Shown here: positions 61,371 to 64,000 of the stretch, piece by piece
Layout: each line of letters starts with the position of its first letter
Position numbering within the stretch: position 1 is the first letter of the stretch
Virus record (IMG/VR): IMGVR_UViG_3300035502_000313
Span: 148,183-212,182 of that record
Length of the DNA stretch: 64,000 nucleotides
From: a virus
Taxonomy: Duplodnaviria; Caudoviricetes
Direction: 5' to 3' (one strand)
Position numbers and translations under genes: made by a program
Notes under the pieces: generated by a model
The model's input: only the letters and a program-made list of their open reading frames with translations
Told to the model about the DNA's origin: nothing
Database searches by the model: none

Positions 61371-62600
61371 ATGGGTATCTATACTAATTATTCTGGATTA
61401 CAAGAAGCTTATGATTATGCTTCTGAAATCCCTGCTAACAAGGCATATGATGCAGCATTTGGCTGTGCTCATATTCTAGCTGATTGCCAAACAAATGATA
61501 TGGCTCTTTTCGAAAGCACTATTTTCGAAGATATTAGAGAAGTTATGTCTATTCAAGAAGGCTATGGATATGTAAATGAGAATGCATTTACTAATGTAAT
61601 TAAAAAGATTGTAGAAACTTTCCAGAAGATTCTTGCTAAGATTAAAGGTATATTTGCATCTTTTCTTACTAAAATGACAAGTGCATTTAAAGATAATAAA
61701 AAATTAGTAGAGCAATATGCAAAGCAAATTGATAAATGCCCTAGTTGGAAAGGTTTCAAAGTTAAAGGAATTCGTGTTCCTAAAAACGACGATATCGTTG
61801 ATGTTATTGATAAAATTTTCGCAAATAATGAAGAAACTACAAAAAAAATTTATAAAATAACATCTAATGATAAATTATTTGGAGTTGGTTGGTTTAAAAA
61901 TAAACCTGTTAATGAAATTATTGATGAAGATTCTGAAAATATTAAAAATGAACTTCTTAATATATATTGTAAAGGATACACTGATACAAAAGAATTTCAT
62001 AATAATTTAACCGATAATATATATAATGAAGAAACTACAATTAGTGAAGAAAATGATAGAATCGATGCTTCATATTTTTCTAAACCTTGGATAAAGTCTG
62101 TTCTTATTAATGGAAAAGATACAGAAAAAAGAATCAAAAAATATAATGAAAAACTTGAAGGTAATATAAATCAAATTATTGCTAACCTCAATACTTATAA
62201 TGATTTTCTAATCGACTCAATATCTAATGGAAATACAAGTACATATAAAAGTGGTACCAAGATTGTGACATATACAAATGATAAAACAGCTGAGAAAATT
62301 AATAAAAGTGATATTGATGCTACAAAGTTATTAGGAATCCCGAATGCTGATATAAATAAGAAACATCAAGTTGTTATTCGTGCACTTCAGAAAATTGCTA
62401 CTAATGATCAGGAAATTATCACTACAATTACATCTGAGTATATGTCACAATTTAAGTTTGCTTTAGCACAGTCTCGTAAAATTTGGGTTTCTGCTGCAGC
62501 ATGGTCTTCTAGTGTTCATAAGGAATCTGTTGAATATTCACAGGCTGTTGGTGAGTCTGCTGCAGAACAGTTCTATACAAATATGGAAGCTATATACTAA
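61371..62600 (+). CDS. Internal head protein family, paralog 1
   Basis: MGIY start, x-x-E propeptide-like N-terminus, amphipathic IKKIVETFQKILAKIKGIF helix; paralog of 62711..64000. Confidence 0.6.
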   Translation: MGIYTNYSGLQEAYDYASEIPANKAYDAAFGCAHILADCQTNDMALFESTIFEDIREVMSIQEGYGYVNENAFTNVIKKIVETFQKILAKIKGIFASFLTKMTSAFKDNKKLVEQYAKQIDKCPSWKGFKVKGIRVPKNDDIVDVIDKIFANNEETTKKIYKITSNDKLFGVGWFKNKPVNEIIDEDSENIKNELLNIYCKGYTDTKEFHNNLTDNIYNEETTISEENDRIDASYFSKPWIKSVLINGKDTEKRIKKYNEKLEGNINQIIANLNTYNDFLIDSISNGNTSTYKSGTKIVTYTNDKTAEKINKSDIDATKLLGIPNADINKKHQVVIRALQKIATNDQEIITTITSEYMSQFKFALAQSRKIWVSAAAWSSSVHKESVEYSQAVGESAAEQFYTNMEAIY

Positions 62601-62710
62601 CAGGACTTTAAATTTATAAATATAAACATATAAATAAAATGTGTGTGTGAAATCTTTTGATATTTAAAAGATATTTAATATTTATTTATAATAAAAGGAG
62701 GTAATATCAA

Positions 62711-64000
62711 ATGGGAATCTATACATCGAATAGATATTTTTCCGAAGCTTATGATTATGCTTCTGAAATCCCTGCTAACAAGGCATATGATGCAGCATTT
62801 GGCTGTGCTCATATTCTAGCTGATTGCCAAACAAATGATATGGCTCTTTTCGAAAGCACTATTTATAGTGATTTTGCTGAGGTGAGAGCTGTACAAGAAG
62901 GCTATGGATATGTAAATGAGAATGCATTTACTAATGTAATTAAAAAGATTGTAGAAACTTTCCAGAAGATTCTTGCTAAGATTAAAGGTATATTTGCATC
63001 TTTTCTTACTAAAATGACAAGTGCATTTAAAAACGGAAAATCATTGGTAGAAAAATATGCAAAGCAAATTGAAAAATGCCCTAGTTGGAAAGGCTTCAAA
63101 GTTAAAGGAATTCGTGTTCCTAAAAACGAAAATATCGTTGGTGAGATTGATAAAATTTTCGTTACACAACATAATGCTGGAACAGATAAAGTAAATTATA
63201 ATATTAATTTAGGTAAATCTCCTATGATTGACTTAGGAATCTCTGGTTGTAATGATGCAAATTCTACTAATAACATGGATAATGCAGATCTTAAACTCGC
63301 CATTGCTAAATTATATGTAACAAATTTGTCAGAATTAAAAAATATTGATACTGATGTTCTTGATTCGCTTTTTAAAGAAGAAACTACATTTAGTGAAGAA
63401 GATTATAAAATTGATGCTTTATATTTTTCTAAACCTTGGATAAAGTCTGTTCTTATTGATGGAAAAGATATAGAAAAATCAATCAAAAAATATAATGATC
63501 AAGTTGAAAAGAACATAAATCAAATTATTGCCAATCTTAAAAAAGATGAAGATGCTCTTAAAGATTTTGAAGCAAATACAAAAAATGGTGATAAGATGAT
63601 GGCAAATAATTTTAAACCACATAATTACGATGGCGTTACAAATGGTAATGTTAATAAATTTACAGATAAAGATATTTTTGATAAAAATGACAAAAGCCTT
63701 ATAGTAAGTGATGCAGAAGCTGCTAAAACAGGTAATGCTAGAAATTATGCTGACACAAAAGATGTTCAAGATGCTATTCATGCACTTCAGAAAGTTGCTA
63801 CTTGTCATCAGGAAGTTTTAACAAGACTTACATCTTGCTATATGTCTACATTTAAGTTTGCTTTAGCACAGTCTCGTAAAATTTGGGTTTCTGCTGCAGC
63901 ATGGTCTTCTAGTGTTCATAAGGAATCTGTTGAATATTCACAGGCTGTTGGTGAGTCTGCTGCAGAACAGTTCTATACAAATATGGAAGCTATATACTAA
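62711..64000 (+). CDS. Internal head protein family, paralog 2
   Basis: Near-identical N- and C-termini to 61371..62600; own promoter AACA-TATAAA-TA at 62625-62636. Confidence 0.6.
   Translation: MGIYTSNRYFSEAYDYASEIPANKAYDAAFGCAHILADCQTNDMALFESTIYSDFAEVRAVQEGYGYVNENAFTNVIKKIVETFQKILAKIKGIFASFLTKMTSAFKNGKSLVEKYAKQIEKCPSWKGFKVKGIRVPKNENIVGEIDKIFVTQHNAGTDKVNYNINLGKSPMIDLGISGCNDANSTNNMDNADLKLAIAKLYVTNLSELKNIDTDVLDSLFKEETTFSEEDYKIDALYFSKPWIKSVLIDGKDIEKSIKKYNDQVEKNINQIIANLKKDEDALKDFEANTKNGDKMMANNFKPHNYDGVTNGNVNKFTDKDIFDKNDKSLIVSDAEAAKTGNARNYADTKDVQDAIHALQKVATCHQEVLTRLTSCYMSTFKFALAQSRKIWVSAAAWSSSVHKESVEYSQAVGESAAEQFYTNMEAIY

Noticed and set aside
1-64000. CRISPR array, tRNA/rRNA genes, transposase, integrase, reverse transcriptase
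   Set aside because: No regularly spaced repeats, cloverleafs or catalytic motifs seen; the repeats found are in-frame coding repeats.
1-64000. Stop-codon reassignment as seen in some gut jumbo phages
   Set aside because: Genes are full length and densely packed under the standard code, including a 15-kb ORF.

Overview
AT-rich 64 kb segment of a jumbo myophage of the AR9/PBS1/phiKZ-like supergroup. The host is most likely a Firmicute (strong AGGAGG ribosome-binding sites, peptidoglycan hydrolases). The window holds the virion module (tail fibre parts, sheath, tube, portal, major capsid, baseplate, a 5000-aa tape-measure/lysin protein, paralogous head proteins). It also encodes two separate RNA polymerase beta'-like pieces, a family B DNA polymerase split over two distant genes, an SF2 helicase and a RusA resolvase. 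Two phage promoter motifs can be read directly: AAC(A/T)-N6-TA (20 copies, matching the AR9 non-virion RNAP consensus) and TATAYWAT-N4-RTG (5 copies, probably early). Using these motifs exposes four promoter-terminator units with no ORF. Three share one layout: a 5' hairpin, an unpaired anti-Shine-Dalgarno/anti-start-codon seed, and a terminator. They look like a family of phage trans-acting translation-silencing sRNAs, which is the best candidate for an undescribed system here. The fourth is an early RNA with pseudoknot-like pairing. All product calls come from motif recognition by eye; no database searches or folding programs were run.
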